A DNA stretch of 63,728 nt, filler included, from Rhabdomonas costata (taxonomy: Eukaryota): the NCBI GenBank assembly GCA_019059605.1. It is 24 parts of 24 records of this genome, joined end to end, with 100 filler letters (N's around TTAATTAATTAA, not from the genome) between each part and the next. Parts side by side here need not be neighbours in the genome. Positions count along the whole stretch, not along the records: positions 13,321 to 15,873 come from JAHMHO010002858.1; positions 15,974 to 18,532 come from JAHMHO010002859.1; positions 18,633 to 21,191 come from JAHMHO010002860.1; positions 21,292 to 23,855 come from JAHMHO010002861.1; 20 more parts are not named here. One strand, 5' to 3'. The stretch's first letter is position 1; each line of letters begins with the position of its first letter. The translations under genes and the position numbers were made by a program. Under the pieces are notes generated by a model. The model was not told the origin of the DNA. It saw only the letters and a program-made list of their open reading frames with translations, and made no database searches. This document shows, in pieces, positions 13,373-23,955 of this stretch.

Positions 13373-15690
13373 CAACCGCCGCGTTGAAGGGGTGAGGCAC
13401 AAAGGCTCGGGAGGTATTGCTTGGGTTGTACTGCGCCTGTGTGTAGTTGACTCGGGGCTGGAAGCGGAAGCTCGTCGCAAAAGTCGAAAGGAAGCCCGGC
13501 GCGGGGGACTGGAAGAACGAGTTCATGACAAGGTTGGCTCCCAGACCCGATTCGTAAACCACAACAGGAATGTTGCAGCTTTGCTTGTCAAAGGGGTAGT
13601 GCCTGAAGTTCATCGAGCACGACAGAGTTCCCGTGATCCTCCGATACAGGATGCTCGTCGGAGGGTACGTTGAAAACGATGTGTCGTTGATACTCCCGTA
13701 GGTCATGAGAATGAACATCTCGTTCACCCCAGCTGAGGTTTCATCGGCCTAGTGCCCACACAGGATAGCTTTGACGAATTATGCAACAAGAGAAAACGTA
13801 AGAACCTCCATCAGCACCCTACACACGTCATTCAGATGAGAGCCATGTTTGGGGAACACGCAGGCGCGTGAGGGCAACAAGACTGCCACGAGTAAAAGTG
13901 GGACTTACCCCAGCACCGCTGTTTTGCGTGCGTCTGCAGCACCAGCCGTGCAGGTGCAGTGCCATTCAAAGCCTCGGTAACCCAAGCAATACGGTTTGGA
14001 ACAACCAAAAACTCAAATAAGCACAAGACATTCACATCCCGACATCGGTCATGAAAAAGGGTGAACGAAAGGGGAGGTCAGGAGGCTCTTGGAAAAAAGG
14101 CAACAATAAAGCATTGTTTGGTGCAAGGACACAGGGGTCAATTTTGAGGGGCACCTTCCCAGAAAATCCGAGAAAACCCCATTTGGAAGTCACGATATTC
14201 AGTATCAGGGTACGCTACCAGACAAGAATTATTGGGTAATATAGGTCAAAGTGAGAACTCCGTCAGCTAAAAAAACATCCATGGAAAAACGCCCCTTTTG
14301 AACTGTTAGGCAGCGGAAAACCGAGGTTTGTAGCCACACTTTGCTCTATAAGTCCGAAATCATGAACTTTAATGTACAGCGAACAAATTCTCTCCTTTGA
14401 GATGACGTGGGCAATATGATGTGACGCGGGTCACACCAAAGGGACATAGTTTTGTAAAAGGTTCACGGGACATCCAAAGAAAAAATCTCAGTAAATCCTA
14501 CGTCTGAAAAGGGCTGAAGAAACTGAAACGAAAACTCCAATCAGCTGCATTTTCCTTGACAACAACACATGCATTTATGCCGCGTTTACTTTTTACCGAC
14601 TGTTGTTGTGGGGATAAGCGTGATGAATAATCACGCTGTTACGGAACGTCAACATGCATTTCGCAGCAAAAGCTCTCTCACGAAATCTCGGCTACGCGGG
14701 CAATGTGAAGTTCTTGCTGGTGACCCGTGAACAGCATTGTCTTTGGTCAAGGAAAGAAAATGGTTGCGTCCCCACCTGAACAATCTGCCGCATCGTCGGG
14801 AACAACAGGTTTGGGTACCACATCTTATGCGGCAGCGCTGTGGGAAACCACAGCGAGAGTTGGTAGTCTGGAAAATTGTAGTCGATCGCATAATCGTCCT
14901 GCCATATTGCGTACACCTCCATGTCCACACTGAACTGCTGTGCTGACTGCTGAAGGGCGTAAACTCGATTCAGCACAACCGCGATGGTGAGATTGGCTTC
15001 CCCCGAAGTGAGAACTGCAGCTGTAAGAGAAACCGTATGCAAATGGAGTGCAGCAAGGCCTGCCAAGAGTATATAAACATAAGCAAAAAAAGATGAGCAA
15101 TGAGAAGGCTCTGTTGCGTTGGTGAGTGAGAAAAAATGCGTGAAAAAAGATACGAGCCTCAGCTTATCCTTTTTGTTACCTGCTATTTTCTTATCTTTTG
15201 GCGTATCTTTTGAACTGAGAGCCATCCTGGGTAAAGTACGAGGTATGTGGTGACTGCACTGTTCTGGTGGGTGGATGTGGTGATGGATGTGTGCACGCTA
15301 CTTCAAGCCGACCAAAGAAGTATTCTGGTGAGTTGCAGAGGCTTCAAAAAAAGACGAGAGGCCCCACATATCCTTGTTTACACACCGTTTTGATGTTTAC
15401 GATAGTGATGCTTCTCGCAAAGTTGCGAAGCTCGAAAAACGCACCCCCACCACCCCCACCAAAGAAAAGAACTGGAGAACGGAAAGCAACTGAGGCATAC
15501 GAGGAATCGATGCGTCGTAATCCCACTCCGCCAGATACTTTTCGAATAAAGTTTGGGTGGACTCAACAGCTGAGGCTTTTCTGAATGAGTGCTTCCGAAG
15601 TGCTTCCTGGGCTCGTTCCAAAACCAGCTCAGGGGACGCGTTACAAAACACGACAAACAGCAACAACGCGCTCAAAGTCACGCGCATCAT
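13373..15690 (-). CDS. Pentameric ligand-gated ion channel (Cys-loop receptor) subunit, extracellular domain; exons 15690-15501, 15020-14776, 13933-13909, 13732-~13373
   Basis: Signal peptide MMRVTLSALLLFVVFCNA, N-terminal helix LFEKYLAEWDYDASIPP, FSVDMEVYAIWQD, loop A MWYPNLLF and Cys-loop CSMNFRHYPFDKQSC (C-x13-C with YPFD). All three introns are GT-AG with consistent phases (1, 0, 1). The TM domain lies beyond the contig end. Confidence 0.88.
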
Positions 15691-18600
15691 TGTGGAGAAG
15701 AGCACAAAAGAAACAAGCACTAAATGAGCAGTTCGCACTTCGCGGAAGCAGGAGGATGCGAGCCAGAGGACGTTGACTCACAATGGATGAACTGACGAAC
15801 CTGCTGCCGCGTTTTTGCTTTTCTGGCACCATTTTGGCTCCTTCCGGAGCTGAATTCAGAGTCCCCACACCACNNNNNNNNNNNNNNNNNNNNNNNNNNN
15901 NNNNNNNNNNNNNNNNNTTAATTAATTAANNNNNNNNNNNNNNNNNNNNNNNNNNNNNNNNNNNNNNNNNNNNTCGGCGGGCCACGCCACTACGGCTCCC
16001 CAGATGGTGCGTTGCGCGGGGGTCAGGGGGCGCCGCGCCAGAGTGGCAGATGAGGCTGGTGGCACTCGCAACGCCAGCATCACAATGTCGCCGTCATTGG
16101 CGACCTTGGCCAACACGACCAGGGATTCCGTATGGCCAAACCAGGGTGGCGGAGGATACTCGGATGCGAAAAGCCATGGCCGCGCAAAGACGCCACGGAC
16201 CCCGCCCAATTCCTAATTGCCTTCACTGCCATGGACGTGGGCAGGTCCACACAAACCCTCAAAAGAGGTCACCATGACCTTGAATCCTGCGGAGCTGTGC
16301 AAGTGCCTGGACGCATACGTTATACGTCATAAACATTATTGTGATCTGCCGCATTTACCAGAGTGGACAAGGCTTTATGCCCAAAAGTTTGCGCAGAGAG
16401 GCGATTCTGAGTGCGCCGGGTGATGTAAACCTCAACACAGATCCGCGTCAGACCGTTCAGAGTTCGCGCCTGTAATTCAGAAATGTAGGTATGCAGCCAC
16501 TCGTTACGTAAACTGGTAGCCGGCGGAATTGCGCACGGATTTTCAGCGTGAAGCAGCGACTTGGAGGAAGGCATCAGCCCAGCGTGGAGGAGAGACTGCA
16601 GTGGTAGAATGGTGGAAAGCCTCCAGAGCGGGGTCATATGGGGTCACAAAAGCCAACATCCGCAGAAACACGCACCAGGGCACCACAATCTGAGAGGAGG
16701 GTGGCCAGCGCCGGTTGGGCGGCGAGCAAGAACCAGTCGGAAGCCGCTTCGATGGCCTCCAGGGGAATGGTGAACAGCACCACCACCGCCTCAACAACGC
16801 GATCCTGCCGGCTCAGCTCCAGCTCAACCATGTTTTTGAGCATGTAGAGATGATCAGGCAGCGCAATCAGGTGGCGCAGAAGGGCGCCCCGACCATAGGC
16901 CGACCCCAAGCATAAGTGGCGGCCTTGACATCACATTGGGATGATAATTTCTACAGCGTCGGAAAATATTACATGTTCTGACATGAATGCTATTAATTTC
17001 TGAGAGGTTCACACTTTCTTGATGAATTCTAGATAAACTTGATGTGATTAAAAGTGCTGTAACTCTGGCGGAATGCAAGAACTAATGCTAAAGGTTGGTG
17101 GCCTTGTTGGAAACGTGAGGCCTGGACATCAACCAAGTTGGATACCACGCTGAACTTCTGTGGTTGCCGAAGCCGATTGAAGTATCTATAACAGATGTAC
17201 ATTGCAATAAGTTTCTGCCTTTTCGTGCATAACAGAAGCGATTATAATCAGTAAATTTGCCTGAGGTATGAAGAAGAAGTCCCGTTTGTCGTCTTGTCTT
17301 TTCGTGCGCTTGCGCGTGTAAAAACTCAAACCCAACCACTCACACTTTAGAATGGCTAGCTGGAAGCACATCTAAATTGATAAGTGATTATAAAAATTAT
17401 AAAAATAAAGCTAGTTACGAGTGCATATTCTTTTAATTCCTAATGTAATCTTACCTTAAATTTCAAAACAGTATTGAAAAGTAGCTGACATAATTTCTTC
17501 GAATATAACTTTTTTAATACCCCGGCATGTTAAACTAAACACACTTCCTACACTTAAGAAAATGAAGCAATTAGCATAGACCAAATCAGTCAGTTACCTG
17601 ATTCTGGATGTGGACACCTTAAGCCAGAACACAAAAATAGCAGTCAATGCCATGGCCAAGAAGCAGTTCGAGAATACCAGCGACATGTTACAGCACGCGC
17701 GGTTATCGTGTGTAAATACGCGCGGTTTTCGTTTCAAGTACTGGGGCCCTTTAGCACAAAAATGCAGGAGGGGCTGCTATATACGCACAAGCAGCATGTT
17801 TTGCGTGCTTTCACGTTTCAATGGCCTAGCCAAACTCGACCAAAAGCAGCTTAGGATAAACGAACTTGCGGGGAGAAGAACCGAATTTACAAGCTTGCGG
17901 AGGCACCTCATGGCAGGGAAAGTTTCCGTGCGCGCTTGGTTTCCTTCCAAAACTCTGTAAAAAGCGCTTTGGCACGGATCGAAAACCCGGCAGGGTAATC
18001 CTAACGGATCGAGAAACAAGGAAGTAAGATCGACACATCGGCCAAAATGTTAGGGAAAGATAAACCCAATCAGTTCCGGGCAAGATTTCGACCACCGGGC
18101 ATGCGCGAGAAAGGCGGTATCTCTGTGGACACGTGTTCCGCCCGAAAGTAAAGGTCAATGACCGCCTGAAGATGCAACGATCAAAACAAAACCAGGCGAG
18201 GTGAGAAAACCAGGCTTCAACAAAGCACACCGCCGCCGAAAAAAACGGAGCGCTACACAGAAGGCGGGAAAAGACAACGGGCACAAGCTGGGAAACTGCA
18301 CAAAACAAAAGAAGCAACAACGGGAAGTAAACAGCGCGCAAGCAGAATGCTGCAGACAAGAACGGGCGCCAGAGTGTCTGGCCAGGGACAGCGCTTCCGG
18401 TTCACGGGAAACTTCGCATTTTGTTTTGAATTTTTGTAGTGCTTTTCTATCCGCCGAAATGGTCATCCATGGCTGGGAATAATAATGCGTCTTGATGCCT
18501 CCATTTCGGCGGATAGAAAAGCACCACAAAAANNNNNNNNNNNNNNNNNNNNNNNNNNNNNNNNNNNNNNNNNNNNTTAATTAATTAANNNNNNNNNNNN

Positions 18601-18802
18601 NNNNNNNNNNNNNNNNNNNNNNNNNNNNNNNNGGGGTGGGGGCAGAAGTAGCGGTTGCACGGAGCTCACTCAACTTACTGAGGGACCTTATTTATACCTC
18701 ACTGTTGTTGGGGCCGATCAATTCTTAAGGCAGCTCCATAAAAACCGTTACAACCACGCCATAACAACAGTGAGGTGCAAATAAGGTCCGTTAGGGCCAT
18801 AC

Positions 18803-20849
18803 CGGTGCACCCGCCGAGCTTGAAGATGCCGTTGTGGCTGGAACAGGTCAGCACCGGGGGCCCGTGGTAGCCCGGCTGGCAGGACACCCCCACTGCGCAC
18901 TCGGCCGCGGTGTGTGGCCCCCCACTACAGCTGCTGCTGCCATTGGTGGTGTACGCCACGCCCAAGTCACTGGGCAGCCAGCAGGTATTCGCTGCGAGGG
19001 GTGAGGGATCCAAGAAAAGCCATCCCCAACGGATCGCAGCAAAAAAAATACTGCTTAGGGGTCTGCCCCTGGTTCTTACTGGCTACTAATACCAAAACAA
19101 CGCCACGGCCACAACCCGAAGCGGAAATTTTGTAGTATGCTTCCGCTTTCGGCTTGTTCTTTTTCGACGTCCAAATTCAGTTTCACTATTTTTTCTTTTT
19201 TTTTTCGGACGTGGGTAGTATGAATCAGTGTGGACTCTGTAGAATGCACGTCCTTTTGACGGAGAGAGATGTGCACCACGAACACATTCAAAGACACAAA
19301 ACGCGCAAAAAAAAACGGGCAGAGAAAAGATTTAGAAACATGTTACAGACTCTGCAACCTTTTTTCGCTGTCCAAAGTTGATATAGTGATGTTCAGATCG
19401 AGTACATGGCAACTGAGGTGAAGCGGGAAGTGTGCGCGCACACCCACACACTCACTATCTCACAGCTATTGCACACCACTGCACCCTATCTGAGAAAGGT
19501 CACATGTACACACATGCAGAAGCACACAGACAGACCGGTGCACCCGGAGAGGTTAAACACCCCGCCGTCGGATCCGCAACTCAGGCTGACTGCTGGCTCC
19601 CCGTGGTACCCCGCCGCACACGAAAGCGTGCGCTGCCTCAGGCAAAGCGATCCCATCGATAGCCCTCCAGCCCCGGGGCCGCACCGCCCGGTGTACCCGG
19701 CGGGCAGCGGGGAGGGAAGCACGCAAGAGTTCTCTGAGTGCACCGCGCGAAAAAAGAATAAAGACGAGCAGAACTGGAGGCGCACAAACAAAGCGGCGCT
19801 GCCCCACTTGCCAGCAGATACGCGCACATCCACAAACATCAACAGGGTGCACAGAGATACCTTGACATCCGGCCAAACGGAATGTCCCACTGAGGTCGAC
19901 TGCGCAGGTCAGGCTGACGTTGCCGTGGTACCCTGGACCACATGCCACGTGGGGCCCACACTCCGCGGCTGTGGCGGGGGGGACGGTGCAGTTGTTGGTG
20001 TCATCCGTGACCGGCGCAGAGAGGGCATACCCCACGGGCATCACCGCAGGGAACACACATCGGTTGGCTGCACGATGGAAAGGGATGTCTGTCCTGAGAA
20101 GTGTATCTTATCACTGAATCTACTAAATGCATTCATGATTGCGGGAATCCGGCGCTGGGGGTAGGGGGTAGGTACAGACACACCAGAACTGAAAAATCTG
20201 CATGGAGCGACTTGAAGGACATGCTCCACTTCCTGACTTTATCGACAATAGCACCGACCCCCCATAGCCAAGACTTCCACCAAATAAACTAAATCACCTC
20301 TTCTATTTCACAGCACAGTGGAGGAGTCCAGGTCACCCGTATCCCTCATGCGATGGACGCACGCATTGCGTTAAGCTTGTTAGACCCATTAGTCCCTGCG
20401 ACTACAGGAGTCAAATCACAGGCTTCCCAGGAAACCCATAAATTTCTGGAAATAAATCTATCAGCGATTTGAACACGCATCCGAATTAGCGACGGAAGAC
20501 TTGTGAATCCGCCGGTAAGTCCCACATCCCCTGCAGTTCCTGTCTGACCAGGACCCGAACAACACACATCTGCTCATGGAACCCATGAATTTCTGGATAT
20601 GGCTGTATCAACGACACGAAGGTGCATCTAGATTAACGAACAAAAACATTAGCAGTGGCAGCGGGGTATGCATACGACTGCATCCGGAAAGGTTGAACCG
20701 TCCCCCGTCCGTGGGGCAGGCCACGGACACGCTGCCGTGGTAGCCCAGTCCGCAAGCCACGCTGGTGCAGCCTGAGGCGGGACCAGAGCCACCACAGCGC
20801 GGGCCTGGGGCGTAGCCTCCGGGAGAATCCGGAAAGCTGCAGAGGTTAG
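18803..20849 (-). CDS. Extracellular protein of tandem 6-Cys (sushi/CCP-like) modules; exons 20849-20676, 20067-19861, 19733-19536, 18991-18803
   Basis: Each exon (174, 207, 198, 189 nt; all phase 1/phase 1) encodes one module: N-x-C-x-[LF]P..[GA]Y...C...C...C-x2-GYHG...C...G-x-F-x-L-x-GC. Confidence 0.85.
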
Positions 20850-21359
20850 CTGAGAACCACGGATAAAAAAGTGTGCGCGACAAAAAGGAAAGCGACATAC
20901 CACTCATATGCGCGTGCAGGTGTACAATTTAGTGAAGATGGCGCTAATGGCATTCGTCCAACGAAAGCAACTGTTCAGTAAAGAAAAAAGAAGAAGCAAA
21001 GAAAAGGGCAAGGCAAAGCAGAATACAGGCCAAGTCCGTGGTTCTGCTTTTCTGTGCGAGTTAATGGCCACAAAAAGACACCTGTGGGGCAGCCAGCAAC
21101 GTCGGGATCCAAGGCCGACAACAAGCGACGGGAAGTCCAGATGCTCAATTTGTTCAAGCCGTGCATCCATTGCATCAGTTGCTTAACTAGCNNNNNNNNN
21201 NNNNNNNNNNNNNNNNNNNNNNNNNNNNNNNNNNNTTAATTAATTAANNNNNNNNNNNNNNNNNNNNNNNNNNNNNNNNNNNNNNNNNNNNCATGCGGAG
21301 CCCCCCCCCCGGGCAACTTACCTCGTGTTAGGGGGTGTTGTTTTCTTCATCCTGCAGCC

Positions 21360-22298
21360 ATGTTTTCTTTATTTGACTTGGAAACTTTGTGTGGTGATGA
21401 GGAGAAGCTAGAGGCTTTCTTATGCAAGTATGGTGTTGAGAGAAAAATCTCGAAGTGTCCTTGTGGTGGAAGTTTGAGCGATTCTTGTAAGGATGGCCCT
21501 TCCTCGTATCGGAGATGTTACAAATGTCGCAAGAAGATTTATGCCAAGGCTTCTTCTCTGCTGGAAGGCTCCCATCTTACCACTAAACAATGGCTCCACC
21601 TTGCATATTTCTGGGCTCATGACTGTGCTGGTGAGCGCAGTGTATCTATGCTGGGCTTGAGCAAGCAGACTGTTGCTGTGTGGTCCCAGAGGTTCAGGGT
21701 CTGCGTTATGAACTGGGAAGCTTCGCATTCCGATTCTTTGCCCTTCGGTGGAAAGGATAAGGAGGTCGAAGCGGATGAATGTGAGATCGGCAGAAAGAGA
21801 AAGGGCCTACATGGACATGATACTGATGTAAAAGGAGACTTTCGAGGCCTCTTTGAAAGGGAAACTGGTAGGATCTTTGTGGAGGCATATGATAAGCTGA
21901 AGAAGGGTGAAGATGACCGGAGGTTTGGCCCTCCCAATGTGCACGATGTCAGGCCCTTAGTGGACATGGTGGCTTCGGGTTCAATGCTTTATACTGATGG
22001 GGCTCGTGCGTATGAGTCCATTTGCAAGGAATACGGGATGAAATGGTCTTCGGTGGACCATTCAAGTGGTGAGTTTGTTCGCAAACAGAAGCTGTGGGGG
22101 AAGGTCCGCGTGGTTTCAACCCAGGGTATCGATGGAACCTGGGGGAGGCTAAAGACCTTCCTCCGGGCCAGAGGAGGAGTCTCCCCTGACCATTTGGAGT
22201 CCAATGTTAAGGAGTTTCAGTGGCGTAGGAACCTCAGTGATGACTCTGATGTGTTCTTTGCACTGCTGCAATGTATCAAGAACGGCTGCTTCCAGTGA
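21360..22298 (+). mobile_element. Merlin (IS1595/ISXO2-like) DNA transposon transposase, intact intronless 312-aa ORF
   Basis: N-terminal Zn ribbon CPCGG..RRCYKC, an HTH-like region, and catalytic motifs VEADECEI, LYTDGARAY, VDHSSGEFV, STQGIDGTWGRLK, HLESNVKEFQWRRN. TIRs could not be established. Confidence 0.9.
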
Positions 22299-22568
22299 CT
22301 TGGTGCCCCCTTGCTGCCTTTGCCTTTGGCCGGTCAAGTAGACCTATGCCATACATATATATGATGCTGTCCCAGTTCTTCTCTTTGTGCAAATTGTTTT
22401 GGGTCGGTGGGTGACTGGTCTAAAAGTCTAAAGACCAATAAAAGTGCTCTCCCTTGTATCAGAAATTGGGTGAAATTCCGGGTGTTCACTGTTCACAACA
22501 AGATAATGGCTGACGAATTGTGTACACATGGAGGAATACTTTGCATCACCACTGGACACGCTCTTCAG

Positions 22569-23845
22569 GGGAGGCTGTCCAGAAGAAGGGGCAGGAGACC
22601 TCCGAGTTTATCGTCCTGACCTCAGGAAACTTGGAAGAGGATGGTACGACGGACGGCTCCCCGACCCGCACGTTGAACCCCGGGAACTCCTTTAACGAGG
22701 TATTTATGCTGCGCCCCATCCTGCTTGGCTGCTCAATGTGTGTGTGTGTGGGGGGGGGTATCTTCCGAAAGCGCTGCCAAACTACTGGCAGTGCAGCTTC
22801 TGAAACAGCACCTTCTGAAACAAACAAGGAAGCAAACATGCCTTTCGCTTTTTCTATTGTACTGCCTTCATGCCATGGCCGGAAGTTGTGGGGGACCCCC
22901 AGAAAAGGTTTTGTAGATGGTGCCCTGTGGCATTTCGATATGTTCCCGATAGGTGCCCACGTCCGCAGACAAAAAGGACAGCCTGTAGTACCTCACAGTT
23001 TCCTTTGTTTGGACCCACACGCCTGCAGGCCGCGCTGATCTACCGGCTGCCCGGCCCCACCACGATTACCGTCAGCTCAGCGACAGCGGAGAGGTGAAGG
23101 TCGTGGGCCGTGACAAGTTCGGCAACCATATCGACGTCTGCGACTTCAGCTCGGGAGCCCCTGTAGGGTAATTTGCACGTCAAATCAAACTCCCTTTTTG
23201 ACGTTGAGAAGCGGCTCTTAGGTAATTGATTGGTGAGGTTGGCAGGGCGAGATTTCTGAAACGGGTGGTTTTAGCCCCGAACACGCTTTGGACAGTAGGC
23301 TTCCCTAATTGCGCCGTTGTCCGTACACCCTTTTTTAGGGCCCAATGCGACGAATGCGGATTTCCCGACTCTCACATGGACATGATCCAAGAATGCTGCC
23401 CCACTGTAGTGTTCTCTTGATGTCAGTTACCGTAGCGAAGTTATGGTCACCTGTTGCAATGCGATGGTGTCTTCCGAGTGGATTTAAATCACCACCTTTT
23501 CTCTCGCCAAGGTATTTTTCGGGGAAATCCAGGAAACCGGATATTGCCATCCAACCCCTTCAAATGAAGTGCCGAAATCCAAAGAAAAGTACTCATTAGG
23601 TCACCAATAGACTATATAATCACACTGTGACAGTGCTTTGTCACTTCACTTTCCCTTTCTGATGCTGAACGCAGAGGACCAGCACCCTCACACGAAACCC
23701 CTCCTCTCCCCACCCCGCAGGGAGCTGGAGTTCCTGAATCACCACAAGTGCGTTGCGGATGTCGTGGCGAAGACCTCCGTGCGGGCAGCGCGACTGGAGC
23801 GGCGGCACTTCGAGCTGGCGATGGGCCCCGTGCTGGAGGTCTTCG
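22569..23845 (+). CDS. PKA regulatory subunit-like protein (tandem CNB domains, kinetoplastid type), partial and internally deleted; exons 22569-22699, 23029-23167, 23721-~23845
   Basis: CNB-A: GEAVQKKGQETSEFIVLTSG..TLNPGNSFNE|AALIYRLPGPTTITV. CNB-B: GEVKVVGRDKFGNHIDVCDFSSGAPVG|ELEFLNHHKCVADVVAKTSVRAARLERRHFELAMGPVLEVF. A frame jump at ~23089-23093 joins A to B. Confidence 0.82.
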
Positions 23846-23955
23846 CCACAACAACNNNNNNNNNNNNNNNNNNNNNNNNNNNNNNNNNNNNNNNNNNNNT
23901 TAATTAATTAANNNNNNNNNNNNNNNNNNNNNNNNNNNNNNNNNNNNNNNNNNNN

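Noticed and set aside
13321-13789. 42-bp perfect inverted repeat (13331-13372 / 13741-13782) flanking the Cys-loop exon, suggestive of a mobile or back-spliced exon
   Set aside because: One arm is the contig tip, and the match breaks exactly within the G/T-only primer tail. This is best explained as a WGA fold-back chimera, so the ORF's last ~17 residues are probably not real.
18431-18532. 32-bp inverted repeat at the end of contig 7
   Set aside because: It ends at the contig tip with its only mismatch inside the A/C-only tail, so it is likely an amplification fold-back.
21313-22709. Candidate Merlin TIR pair TACCTCGT / ACGAGGTA
   Set aside because: The match is short and imperfect, and the right arm is the exon-intron junction of the PKA-R-like gene.
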